From Ferroglobus placidus DSM 10642 (GTDB lineage Archaea > Halobacteriota > Archaeoglobi > Archaeoglobales > Archaeoglobaceae): DNA of 32,000 bases. Of the stretch, positions 16,853 to 24,981 are shown piece after piece (the first letter of the stretch is position 1; every line of letters starts with the position of its first letter). The position numbers and the translations under genes were made by a program. The stretch covers positions 900,001 through 932,000 of the forward strand of contig NC_013849.1 of assembly GCF_000025505.1 (NCBI RefSeq), given 5' to 3'. A model generated the notes under the pieces. That model saw only the letters and a list, made by a program, of their open reading frames with translations. It was not told the origin of the DNA and did not search any database.

Positions 16853-18178
16853 TCACTCAAGCCAAGGCGGCAATTTCAAGTCGCAGGTTGCGACGGTCTC
16901 TGGGTAAAGAATGCACTGCTTACCATCCTGCCACTGGCTGACCCAGTTCCTCACGTACTCGTCTCCCCAGACTAACGCGTGGTTCTTGTGGAAGGCAACG
17001 TTCCTCGTAAGCTTAGCCGGATTTCCTGGCTTGAACTGTTCGAGGTACTTCACCACAACGTCGGGATCAAACGGATTCTCTTCTCCGGCTTTGTAAGCCG
17101 CTTCCACAGCCATCTTGTATATGTAAACCGCATCGTAAGCTCCGTAGGCTTGATGAGATTCGGGATAGTGCCCGTACTTCTCCTTGTAAGCTTCTATAAA
17201 GTGCTTAGCCATTTCTGTTGGCGGAGCAGTAACCAAAACTCCACCGTCAGCGAGGAATATGTAGTACTCGGCAGCTCCTCCCGTCTTCTCGTAGAACTGG
17301 TAGTCTATAGCAGCTAAATCGTGTCCGGCTAAGAGGAACTTCGGCTGTAACTCAGCCCACTGCTTCACCAAGACGTCGCCGGTTCCGGCTATAGCAAGTA
17401 TTGGCATAACGAGATCGGCTCCTTTATCTTCAGCGTCGATCAGAAGCTGCTCGTATTCGGTGTAACCTCTCCCGACTTTCGCATCTCCCACGATCTCAAT
17501 GCCTCTCTCCTCGAGGAGAGGAGTAAGATCCTTCATAACGGCGTCCGTCCAGACGTGCTCGTCTCTTATTATGTACACCTTGTTAACCTCGTAACCCTTG
17601 CTTCTCAGATAATCGATCATTCCGGCTAAGTCCCAGGCAAAAGTAGTTCCGTTGTTCTGGCTGATCCTGAACCAGTACTTGTACTTCTCGTAGTTCTCAG
17701 CAACCTTAGCCGGATGAGCCGGAGAGGATGCGTCAGCCAAGAATACTGTCTTCGTCTCAGCCATAACTTCCATCATTGTGTTCATAACTCCGCTGCTGAA
17801 TCCTCCCAGAATCATGTCAGCTTTCTCCACCTCAGCCAACCTTCTGAATTCAGAAGCTGCCGTATCCGGATTAAGCTTCGTATCACCTACGACGATCCTT
17901 ATCGGCAATCCGAGAATTCCTCCTTTAGCGTTTATCTCCTCAGCTGCTAACCTTGCAGCTTTCTCCTCAGCCTGTCCCTCTGGCAGAGCCATCGGACCGA
18001 TGACCCCTATCACCACCTCTTTTTTACCTCCAAACTTCGGAGTTGGCGTTGGAGTTGCTGCGGGAGTTTCCTTCTTCTCCGGTGTTGGCGTTGGCGTAGG
18101 AGTTGCTTTCTCAGCTGGCTGTGCGCAGCCGAAGAGCAAAGCAGCTACAACCAGCAGCAAAACTACTTTTCGCATCAT
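16853..18178 (-). CDS. livK: Liv/Bra-type periplasmic-binding-fold substrate-binding lipoprotein
   Basis: 441-aa ORF. Signal peptide with lipobox-like 'LLFGC', a Thr/Pro linker 'TPTPTPTPEKKETPAATPTPTP', then 'VVIGVIGPMALPEGQ...AAEEINAKGGILG', typical of type-I PBPs. Confidence 0.85.
   Translation of the reverse strand: MMRKVVLLLVVAALLFGCAQPAEKATPTPTPTPEKKETPAATPTPTPKFGGKKEVVIGVIGPMALPEGQAEEKAARLAAEEINAKGGILGLPIRIVVGDTKLNPDTAASEFRRLAEVEKADMILGGFSSGVMNTMMEVMAETKTVFLADASSPAHPAKVAENYEKYKYWFRISQNNGTTFAWDLAGMIDYLRSKGYEVNKVYIIRDEHVWTDAVMKDLTPLLEERGIEIVGDAKVGRGYTEYEQLLIDAEDKGADLVMPILAIAGTGDVLVKQWAELQPKFLLAGHDLAAIDYQFYEKTGGAAEYYIFLADGGVLVTAPPTEMAKHFIEAYKEKYGHYPESHQAYGAYDAVYIYKMAVEAAYKAGEENPFDPDVVVKYLEQFKPGNPAKLTRNVAFHKNHALVWGDEYVRNWVSQWQDGKQCILYPETVATCDLKLPPWLE
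18038..18103 (-). repeat. (ACN-CCN)n Thr/Pro linker-coding microrepeat in livK
   Basis: On the plus strand it reads as GGNGTN-type repeats ('ggagttggcgttggagttgctgcgggagtt...ggtgttggcgttggcgtaggagtt'). It encodes TPTPTPTP...TPTPTP. Confidence 0.8.
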
Positions 18179-18205
18179 CAGTAATAAAAAATCGTGGAAA
18201 TACTT

Positions 18206-18213
18206 AAATATTT
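18206..18213. promoter_or_regulatory. Palindromic TATA element AAATATTT shared by divergent livK and livG
   Basis: The centre at 18209.5 is 26.5 nt from the livG ATG (18236) and 31.5 nt from the livK ATG (18178). It is the only TATA-like element in the 57-bp gap. Confidence 0.5.
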
Positions 18214-18235
18214 CGAAGGTATTAAGCTTTGTTTG

Positions 18236-18943
18236 ATGAAGGTTATACTTGAAGTTGAAAATGTAAAGAAAAAGTTCGGTGAACTTGTAGCTTTGGAAAA
18301 TATTTCCTTCAGTGTATATGACAAAGAATGCCTCGGTATTATAGGACCGAACGGAGCTGGAAAGACTACGCTTTTCAACATAATTTCAGGACACTTAAAG
18401 CCGACTGCTGGAGAAGTTTACTTCAACGGAGAGAGAATTACCGGAATGCGTCCGAGTAAGATAGCGAAGAGGGGTCTGGTTAGGACGTTTCAAATTCTGA
18501 AGGTCTTTCAGAATTTAACCGTAGAGGAGAACTTCAGGGCTGCCGGGATAGAGCGGAAAGATGCGGAGAGAATAATGAAAGAGCTAAACCTCCACGAAAG
18601 GAGAAACGTTCTCGCAAAAAATCTTTCTCAGGGAGAGATGAGGAAGCTCAACATAGCCTTAGCTTTGGCGAAAAATCCGAAGGTTCTCTTGCTGGACGAG
18701 CCTTTTTCAGGGTTGAGTCCAGCAGAATGCCAGGAGCTGCATTCGGTCATAGACCACCTGAAAGAAAGAGGAGTAACGCTCGTTATAATCGAGCACAAGC
18801 TAAAGGAGCTGTTTAACCACGCTGAAAGGGTGATAGTCCTCAACTACGGATACATTCTTTGCGAAGGAACTCCAGAAGAGATCGTGCAGGATGTTAGAGT
18901 TATAGAAGCATACCTGGGTGTGGGGAATGTTGCTGGAAGTTAA
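18236..18943 (+). CDS. livG: ABC transporter ATP-binding protein (LivG family)
   Basis: The track ORF starts at GTG 18194. I prefer the ATG at 18236 ('MKVILEVENVKKKFG'), because the TATA at 18206-18213 would otherwise lie inside the gene. Walker A 'GPNGAGKTT', signature 'LSQGEMRKL', Walker B 'LLLDEP'. Confidence 0.88.
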   Translation: MKVILEVENVKKKFGELVALENISFSVYDKECLGIIGPNGAGKTTLFNIISGHLKPTAGEVYFNGERITGMRPSKIAKRGLVRTFQILKVFQNLTVEENFRAAGIERKDAERIMKELNLHERRNVLAKNLSQGEMRKLNIALALAKNPKVLLLDEPFSGLSPAECQELHSVIDHLKERGVTLVIIEHKLKELFNHAERVIVLNYGYILCEGTPEEIVQDVRVIEAYLGVGNVAGS

Positions 18944-19610
18944 GGATTTGAAAGCTTACTACGGAAAAGCGCAGATTCTTCACGGGATAAATTTGGGAAT
19001 TGAAGAGGGGGAGTTTTTCGCTTTACTCGGACCGAACGGAGCTGGAAAGACTACGCTGATAAATTCGATCTGCGGTCTCGTCAAAACAGAGGGGAAGATA
19101 ATCTTCAATGGAAAGGACATCTCGAAGTTAAAACCCTACGAGAGAGTAAAGCTCGGAATAGGAGTTTGTCCGGAAGGGAGAAAGCTATTTCCAGAAATGA
19201 GCGTTGAGGACAATTTGCTCTTAGCCTGCGAAGACGGATGCGAAGACAGACTGGAATTCGTTTACTCCCTCTTTCCAAGAATAAAAGAGTTAAGAAAGAA
19301 CAAAGTGAAGAATATGAGCGGAGGAGAACAGCAAATGGTAGCGATAGGCAGAGCTTTAATGACGAATCCCAAGCTTCTGCTTTTAGATGAGCCGTCTATG
19401 GGGTTGGCTCCGATAGTTTTACTGAACATAAGAGACGCTTTAATGAGGATAAAGGAGGAAACGAACATCTCGATTCTCATAGTTGAGCAGAACGTTCACC
19501 TTGCTTTGGAGCTTGCCGACAGAGTGGCGTTATTAATAAAAGGGGAAATAGTTAAAGAGGGGAGTGTTGAAGAAATGAAAGACATAGAAAAGCATTACTT
19601 CGAGGTGTGA
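18927..19610 (+). CDS. livF: ABC transporter ATP-binding protein (LivF family)
   Basis: The track ORF starts at GTG 18918. The ATG at 18927 ('MLLEVKDLKAYYG') is preceded by GGGTGTGGGG. Walker A 'GPNGAGKTT', signature 'MSGGEQQMV', Walker B 'LLLDEPS'. Overlaps the end of livG. Confidence 0.88.
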   Translation: MLLEVKDLKAYYGKAQILHGINLGIEEGEFFALLGPNGAGKTTLINSICGLVKTEGKIIFNGKDISKLKPYERVKLGIGVCPEGRKLFPEMSVEDNLLLACEDGCEDRLEFVYSLFPRIKELRKNKVKNMSGGEQQMVAIGRALMTNPKLLLLDEPSMGLAPIVLLNIRDALMRIKEETNISILIVEQNVHLALELADRVALLIKGEIVKEGSVEEMKDIEKHYFEV

Positions 19611-19612
19611 GC

Positions 19613-20023
19613 ATGCCGGTTACGTTGAGAGTGAGGGACATAATGAATAAGGACGTTACGAAGGTTTTCGAAGATGAAAGCGTTCACGAAGCAACAAAGA
19701 AGATGGTCGAGAAGGGAGTGAAGTGCGCGGTTGTAGTGAACAACAAAGGGGAGCCTGTAGGAGTTATCACCGAAGGAACCGTCACGAGAAAAGTTCTTTT
19801 AGCCTGTAAAGATCCGAGGGAAGTGAAAGTAAAGGACATAATGTCGAAGCCGATAATAACGATAAAGGCGGATGCGACGCTAAAAGAGGCTTCCGAAGCT
19901 TTCTTAAAGTACGATGTGAAGCAGCTTTACGTAGAGGAGGACGGAAAGATCGTGGGATTTCTTACTGAGCACAGAATACTTAAAGCCATAAACGAAGTGA
20001 TATTGACTCTGCTTTCGATATAA
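19613..20023 (+). CDS. CBS-domain pair protein
   Basis: About 136 aa. Two CBS-like repeats ('VRDIMNKDVTKV...VVNNKGEPVGVITEGTV' and 'VKDIMSKPIITI...VEEDGKIVGFLTEHRILK'). The ATG at 19613 follows GAGGTG. The track start is GTG 19607. The gene is coupled to the livF stop (19608-19610). Confidence 0.8.
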   Translation: MPVTLRVRDIMNKDVTKVFEDESVHEATKKMVEKGVKCAVVVNNKGEPVGVITEGTVTRKVLLACKDPREVKVKDIMSKPIITIKADATLKEASEAFLKYDVKQLYVEEDGKIVGFLTEHRILKAINEVILTLLSI

Positions 20024-20030
20024 TTTAAAT
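20023..20030 (+). promoter_or_regulatory. TATA box for a leaderless HAD-like/PfkB unit
   Basis: 'ATTTAAAT' ends 21 nt upstream of the ATG at 20052. The same -29..-22 geometry is seen at other first genes in the window. Confidence 0.45.
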
Positions 20031-20051
20031 TCCCTTTGCGAATTTTCTCTC

Positions 20052-20999
20052 ATGAGGTTTTTTACCGACTGGGAAGGACCTTGGATACTCAACGACATAG
20101 CCTACGAGCTTTGTTTAGCCGTTTTCAACAACGGAGAGTTCTTCGAAAGGCTTAGCCAGTACGACGACTATTTAATGCTAACCGGCAGAAGCTCAGCCGG
20201 AAGCACGCTAAAGCTCATCGCTCCCTTTCTCGTTGCCGCCGAGCTCAAGAGAGATGAGATAGTAAAGATAAGCAGAGATTTAGCGAGATTCGTTCCTCAG
20301 GCAGAGGAGGCTATGAAATTTCTCTGCGAAAAGTACGAGGCTGTCGTAATTTCCACAAGCTACGAGGATTATTTAAAGGTGACTTCCGAAATGCTCGGAG
20401 TGAAAGGACATCTGCACGGAACTTCTTTCGATCCAGAGAAGTACGAAATCGACGAGAGATGGAAAAAATGGCTAATCGAAAAGGTTGACGAGATAGCTGC
20501 TCTTCCGGAAATAGATCCAAAAAATCCGGACGAAAGAACTGTAAGATACTTGGACGATCTCTTCAAAGAAATGGAAAGGAGTCCCTTCAAGAAAGTGCTC
20601 GAAGACGTGAAGGTCGTGGATGCGAAAGAAAAAAGGAGGATTATGGAAAGCTATGGAGAGAGAAAAGTTATCGCGATAGGCGACAGCATTTCGGATGTGG
20701 AGATGCTAAGAGCAGCGAGAAGGAAAGGATTAGCGGTATCGTTCAACGGAAACGGCTACGCTGTCAGAGAGGCGAATGTTATAATAGTAAGCGAAACTGC
20801 TCTTAGCGAAGCGATGATCGTGGACTTATTTTTAAGTAAAGGGTTTGAAGCTGTGAAAAATTACGAAAACTCCGAGCACGAGCTTCTCAACGAAGTTATG
20901 GGAAAGACGGAAATTTATTTTGAGGCGAGCGAAGACGTTATAGAGAAATCCGAAAAGATGAGGAAAAGGCTTAGGGGAAAGGTGGGTGAGCTCGGATGA
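20052..20999 (+). CDS. HAD-superfamily-like protein (possibly EhaR-like family)
   Basis: 315-aa ORF. N-terminal 'FFTDWEGPW' is HAD motif I with D-x-E instead of D-x-D. Late 'VIAIGDSISDVEMLRAA' resembles HAD motif IV (GDxxxD). The EhaR-like label is from memory only. Confidence 0.5.
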   Translation: MRFFTDWEGPWILNDIAYELCLAVFNNGEFFERLSQYDDYLMLTGRSSAGSTLKLIAPFLVAAELKRDEIVKISRDLARFVPQAEEAMKFLCEKYEAVVISTSYEDYLKVTSEMLGVKGHLHGTSFDPEKYEIDERWKKWLIEKVDEIAALPEIDPKNPDERTVRYLDDLFKEMERSPFKKVLEDVKVVDAKEKRRIMESYGERKVIAIGDSISDVEMLRAARRKGLAVSFNGNGYAVREANVIIVSETALSEAMIVDLFLSKGFEAVKNYENSEHELLNEVMGKTEIYFEASEDVIEKSEKMRKRLRGKVGELG

Positions 21000-21886
21000 T
21001 AGTTGGATTCGGAGCTTTGAACCTCGATAAGATCTATCTCGTCGACAAAATTCCGAGAGAGGACGAGGAAGGGTATGTGATAGACGTGGAGCTTCACCCG
21101 GGAGGGAGTGCGGCAAACACTATAGCCGGACTGGCGAGCTTTGGCGTAAAAACCGGATACGTAGGAAAGGTTGGCAGCGATGCCGAAGGAGAGATGCTCG
21201 TCGAAGATTTCAGAAAGAGGGGAGTGGACTTGTCGGGAATAGTTAAGAGTGAAGGGAGGAGCGGACAGGCGCTCATCTTCGTCGATAGGAATGGAAACAG
21301 AGCCATACTCGTCGATCCTGGCGTGAACGATACGATAAAGTTCGAGGAGGTAAACAAAGAATTGATAGAAAAAGCTGAAATCGTGCACATGACTTCGTTC
21401 ATTTGCAAGAACGGTACGGATTCCTTGGAAAGTCAGAAGAAAGTGGCGAAGGTTGCGAAAGCTGTCAGCTTCGATCCCGGCTTGCCTTACGTTGAAAGAG
21501 GTTTGGAAGAAATTAGGGAAATAGTGGAGAGAACGACAATCCTCCTTCCTAACAAGACGGAGATCGAGAAGCTCGTGGGAAAGGATTTCAGAGAAGCGGC
21601 TAAAGAAATGATCGAGGAGGGCGTAAAAGTTGTTGCTGTTAAGCTCGGAGAAAAGGGCTGCTACGTTACTGACGGAAAAGAAGAGCATTTCATCGAGGCT
21701 TTCAAAGCGAACGTCGTCGACACTACTGGAGCCGGCGACGCTTTCAACGCTGGCTTTCTGTACGGCTGGATGAAAGGGAAGAGCTTGGAGGCTTGCGGAA
21801 AGCTCGGAAATTACGTCGCTTCGAAGATAGTCGAAAGAGTCGGAGCTAGGAACTACGAAGGAATCGATCCAGAGAAGTTTGTTTGA
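20996..21886 (+). CDS. PfkB-family carbohydrate/nucleoside kinase (ribokinase fold)
   Basis: 296-aa ORF. 'GGSAANTIAGLA' and PfkB signature 'DTTGAGDAFNAGFLYG'. The start overlaps the upstream stop by 4 nt. Confidence 0.88.
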   Translation: MIVGFGALNLDKIYLVDKIPREDEEGYVIDVELHPGGSAANTIAGLASFGVKTGYVGKVGSDAEGEMLVEDFRKRGVDLSGIVKSEGRSGQALIFVDRNGNRAILVDPGVNDTIKFEEVNKELIEKAEIVHMTSFICKNGTDSLESQKKVAKVAKAVSFDPGLPYVERGLEEIREIVERTTILLPNKTEIEKLVGKDFREAAKEMIEEGVKVVAVKLGEKGCYVTDGKEEHFIEAFKANVVDTTGAGDAFNAGFLYGWMKGKSLEACGKLGNYVASKIVERVGARNYEGIDPEKFV

Positions 21887-22994
21887 AAATCAACTTTCTC
21901 CAATCCTTGTTCAAAGTCAGCTTTTCGGCGTAGCTCAAAGACTCGTGCAGAGTTTCGAATTTCAACGGCTTAGTTTTCATGGCTTTTCTAATCCCCTCCT
22001 CCACAACCCACACGCCAAGAGGGAACTTGTACTCCGGCGTTATTTCCCTTACAACTATAACACCGGCTTGCCTCCTCTTTTCCTTGAGGTATTCGAGAAC
22101 AGGCAACCTTGCCGCATAGTATCCGCCGGAAAGCTCGGAGTACTTCTTCTTTTTACCTCTGCTTTCGGAATCGACGCCTATCCAAGTTCTTTCGGGGCTC
22201 CAGAAGCTCTCCTCAATCCATACTTCGACGAGCTGGAAGTGATAGGAGGATGGGTAGAGAATTACGACAAACCTGTTCCCGAAGTGCTCGTAAAAGAAGA
22301 GCGAAACGTCGTTTATCTCGTCAAAATCCTTTATTTCCTCCTTTATCTTTTCCCCAAGAATGTCGTGAACAGCAGTTATGCTCCACCTCGTCGGAACGAG
22401 CTTTTTCTCAACTCCTAAAATTCCCGCCGAGAAAACTCTCTGAATGTAATGGGTCGGAAAACCCCTCTCGAAAAGTTTGTAGACGGCCTCATTAGCCTTA
22501 ACTTCATCGTACCACAGCTTCTCCACAACCCCCGGCAGTTTTGGATTCTCGGCAAGCTTCAAATTTTCTATTCTCGCCGAAACTCCGGCAGGATTTACTA
22601 TTTCGTCAAAAAGCGGCTTTTTAACCACTTTTTTCACATCCGCCTCAACGTCGAAGTATTTTTTAGCCGCAGCTATCTCCTGAATCTTTAAAACGTATTC
22701 GTCGAACCTCTTAACATCTACTCTCTTCACACCCCTCGCAACGTTCATCCTCATCCTCAAAACGTCCTCAACCCTTCCGCTCCAAGAAGACGGATTATCG
22801 TAAAGCTCCGGATTTCCGGAGAAAACGACGAGAGGACCAGCGAAAACTTTCGGATAGCCTATTCTTCCGATAAAAATTGATGGAGGTGTTGGATCCTCTA
22901 TTTTATTCTTTACCGGCAGATAAGCTACGTTTATCGACTCAAGAAGCTTGCACCTTCCGCATACTAAGTTGCCCTTGCACTTCGCACATATCAT
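21846..22994 (-). CDS. Nre-family (archaeal DUF650/DUF651-like) putative DNA-repair protein
   Basis: 382-aa ORF. N-terminal Cys cluster 'CAKCKGNLVCGRCKLL' followed by 'PPSIFIGRIGYPKV', as I recall for archaeal Nre proteins. Not verified by search. Confidence 0.55.
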   Translation of the reverse strand: MICAKCKGNLVCGRCKLLESINVAYLPVKNKIEDPTPPSIFIGRIGYPKVFAGPLVVFSGNPELYDNPSSWSGRVEDVLRMRMNVARGVKRVDVKRFDEYVLKIQEIAAAKKYFDVEADVKKVVKKPLFDEIVNPAGVSARIENLKLAENPKLPGVVEKLWYDEVKANEAVYKLFERGFPTHYIQRVFSAGILGVEKKLVPTRWSITAVHDILGEKIKEEIKDFDEINDVSLFFYEHFGNRFVVILYPSSYHFQLVEVWIEESFWSPERTWIGVDSESRGKKKKYSELSGGYYAARLPVLEYLKEKRRQAGVIVVREITPEYKFPLGVWVVEEGIRKAMKTKPLKFETLHESLSYAEKLTLNKDWRKLIFKQTSLDRFLRSS

Positions 22995-22995
22995 C

Positions 22996-24195
22996 TCAGA
23001 AAGTTCTTATCTCACCGTTGATTACCATTTCCGTCACTTTGGTTATCTCTGCCAGCCACTCCTCAGCTACGGTTTTAATTTTGCTTTCCATCTTCTCAAC
23101 GCTGTAGCCCCTCTCCGGAATAACCTGAATGCTGCAAACCTTGGGCTGGTCTATCGGCTTTCCTATTTGCGAAAGAATCCTCACGTGAACCTCCTTTATT
23201 CCCTCCACAGCCTCGTAGCAGTCCTTCGCTATTAAGTTCGCGAGGATGTTGTAGATCTTGCCGACGTGGTTTATCGGGTTTTTGCCGCTCGTCGCTTCCA
23301 TCGACATCGGTCTTCCCGGGGTTATAAGTCCGTTGCATCTGTTACCTCTGCCAACGCTTCCGTCATCACCGCTTTCTGCTGAAGTGCCTGTGACCGTCAA
23401 GTATACGACTCCTCTGTCAACGTCATCAGCCGTGTTGACGAAAATCTCCACCTTCCTTTCCGTGTACTCATTTGCGATGTCTTTTATGAAGTTCGAAAGC
23501 TCCTCCTTAACAGCCAGATATTCCTGAATGTTAGAAAGGTGCCTGTCAACAGTTGCCGCAGCTACCGTGAGCTTTATAGTATCCTTTTCCCTCAAAGCCA
23601 TAACCTTAACATCTTCTCCCATAGCCTTTTCCTTCTTCCTGAACTCCTCGTAAATTCTTCTCTCTACGTTGTAAACCAAGTTTTCAGTTTCAGAAAGAGG
23701 AGCGTAGCCGATTCCAAAACTCGTGTCGTTTGCAAGAGGAATCTTTCCCTTCTGCCTCTCGAAAACGTCTCTCAAATCTGTAGAACCTTCACCCAAGCGA
23801 ACGTCGAAGATTATGTCCGTTTCCGGATCGAGGTAGCGCATAGCTTCTCTAACGTAATTTTTAGCAGCTTTCAGAGCTATTCTGTCAGCCGGTATGTCTA
23901 TTCCGTCGAAGTACTTAGTGGCTCTTCCGACGAGGAGTATATATATCGGCTGTATAAGCTCCCCACCTCCAAAGCTCGGCTTAGCTTTCCCGGCTACGAT
24001 CTGCGTTTCGTCGGTGTTGTGATGAAGAACGGCTCCGACTTTCTTTATGTACTCCTTGCAAAGCGCCCTGCTCATAGCTTCGGCTATTCCGTCGGCGAGG
24101 CTATCTGGATGACCTATGCCTTTCCTCTCGACTATTTCTATCTTCTGCTCTTCGATAGGAGTGTGAACGAGCTCTTCTACAACGATGTTCCTCAT
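22996..24195 (-). CDS. metK: Archaeal-type S-adenosylmethionine synthetase (methionine adenosyltransferase)
   Basis: 399-aa ORF. '[17 protein letters not shown]', '[33 protein letters not shown]' and the ~400-aa length are characteristic of the archaeal MAT class. Confidence 0.93.
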   Translation of the reverse strand: MRNIVVEELVHTPIEEQKIEIVERKGIGHPDSLADGIAEAMSRALCKEYIKKVGAVLHHNTDETQIVAGKAKPSFGGGELIQPIYILLVGRATKYFDGIDIPADRIALKAAKNYVREAMRYLDPETDIIFDVRLGEGSTDLRDVFERQKGKIPLANDTSFGIGYAPLSETENLVYNVERRIYEEFRKKEKAMGEDVKVMALREKDTIKLTVAAATVDRHLSNIQEYLAVKEELSNFIKDIANEYTERKVEIFVNTADDVDRGVVYLTVTGTSAESGDDGSVGRGNRCNGLITPGRPMSMEATSGKNPINHVGKIYNILANLIAKDCYEAVEGIKEVHVRILSQIGKPIDQPKVCSIQVIPERGYSVEKMESKIKTVAEEWLAEITKVTEMVINGEIRTF

Positions 24196-24217
24196 GGAAC
24201 TTAGATTCGAGCGAAGT

Positions 24218-24225
24218 AATATAAG
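24218..24225 (-). promoter_or_regulatory. TATA box for leaderless metK
   Basis: Minus-strand 'CTTATATT' ends 22 nt upstream of the metK ATG (24195). Confidence 0.45.
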
Positions 24226-24253
24226 AATTGCCTCGAATTATGCTTAGTAATAG

Positions 24254-24598
24254 CTAAACTTTAACGAAATTCTTCACAAACCTCCGATACCACTCAAACT
24301 CCTTTTCGTTAGCCAAGTGAATTTCGAAGGGGGCGAAAACATCTATAGACTTAAGAATTTCGGCTCTTATTCTCCCCCTTTCGCTCTGCTTTTTCGGCAT
24401 GTTTTTGGAAACCACAAGAACGTCGATGTCGCTGGCCGGAGTGTGTTTACCCTCTACAACGGATCCGAAGACGTATACTTCAGCTTCCCCGAGAAGCTCT
24501 TTAGCTTTCTCCTTTATCAGCTTCGCGTAATAAATATAGTTTTCGAAGTACTTCCTCTCCTCCTTCGCTATCTCCCTCACGACGTCCATGAACTTCAT
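24254..24598 (-). CDS. Minimal nucleotidyltransferase (MNT), pair A
   Basis: 114 aa. 'VYVFGSVVEGKHTPASDIDVLVV' (GS...DxD). 4-nt overlap with the upstream HEPN gene. Confidence 0.85.
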   Translation of the reverse strand: MKFMDVVREIAKEERKYFENYIYYAKLIKEKAKELLGEAEVYVFGSVVEGKHTPASDIDVLVVSKNMPKKQSERGRIRAEILKSIDVFAPFEIHLANEKEFEWYRRFVKNFVKV

Positions 24599-24981
24599 AT
24601 CGCATCAACCAACTCTCTAATCTTTTTAGCCAGTTTAAGCATGTTTTCAACTTCCTCCTTTTCAAATTCAGTTGGGATGTACCTCGAGGTAATGTATGCG
24701 TTCTCCAAATTCGATATTCCGTCTATGTTTTCAACCATGAACTTTCTGACTTCCTCATACTTCCCAGCGGTTTTCCCTATTTCCTTCAAAAGCTTTTTTA
24801 TGGAATGGGTTTTTGGATAATCTCCGGCGAGAAGGAACAGCTTGTATTTTAGGTAAAGCTCGACAAACTGCTGAATGTTAAAAGCGGCAAGGTCGTAAAC
24901 GCCACTTTTGAGAAGCTCTTCTCCGTTTTTCAGAAACTTTTCAGCTCTCTCTTTTAAGATTTCTATTTCTTCAAGACTCAT
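24595..24981 (-). CDS. HEPN domain protein, pair A
   Basis: The track ORF is 24595..25056. I prefer the ATG at 24981 ('MSLEEIEILKERAEKF', ~128 aa). Upstream of it lies the same AAAACGTTAT promoter 10-mer found upstream of the 9060 HEPN gene. The longer form would overlap the preceding MNT by 40 nt. HEPN pattern 'YDLAAFNIQQFVELYLKYKL...KTHSIKKLL...AYITSRYIP'. Confidence 0.78.
   Translation of the reverse strand: MSLEEIEILKERAEKFLKNGEELLKSGVYDLAAFNIQQFVELYLKYKLFLLAGDYPKTHSIKKLLKEIGKTAGKYEEVRKFMVENIDGISNLENAYITSRYIPTEFEKEEVENMLKLAKKIRELVDAI

Noticed and set aside
18194-18235. Longer N-terminal extensions from the ORF track (livG GTG 18194; also GTG 31000, ATG 25056, ATG 12155, GTG 13224, GTG 14881)
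   Set aside because: The downstream ATGs have proper SD or TATA spacing, and the extensions overlap upstream genes or promoter elements. They are kept as alternatives in the feature evidence because this cannot be proven without data.
17778-18236. 152-aa plus-strand ORF with a 'GVGVGVAAGV' region, and the similar 81-aa ORF at 27969-28214
   Set aside because: The Gly/Val repeats are simply the antisense reading of the Thr/Pro linker repeats of livK and the surface protein.
20915-21688. 257-aa minus-strand ORF opposite the PfkB kinase gene
   Set aside because: It is antisense to a CDS carrying clear PfkB signatures. The product is Ser/Phe/Leu-rich with no motif, so it is a shadow ORF.
23539-24204. 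221-aa plus-strand ORF opposite metK
   Set aside because: It is a shadow ORF antisense to the unmistakable archaeal SAM synthetase. It has no start context.
24205-24238. 7-bp inverted repeat ATTCGAG...CTCGAAT flanking the metK TATA box
   Set aside because: Short arms with a 20-nt spacer in an AT-rich 58-bp region have a non-negligible chance expectation by my rough estimate. There is no second copy elsewhere in the window.
24317-24820. 167-aa plus-strand ORF spanning MNT-A and HEPN-A on the opposite strand
   Set aside because: It crosses two well-supported minus-strand genes. The translation is hydrophobic and low-complexity without motifs.
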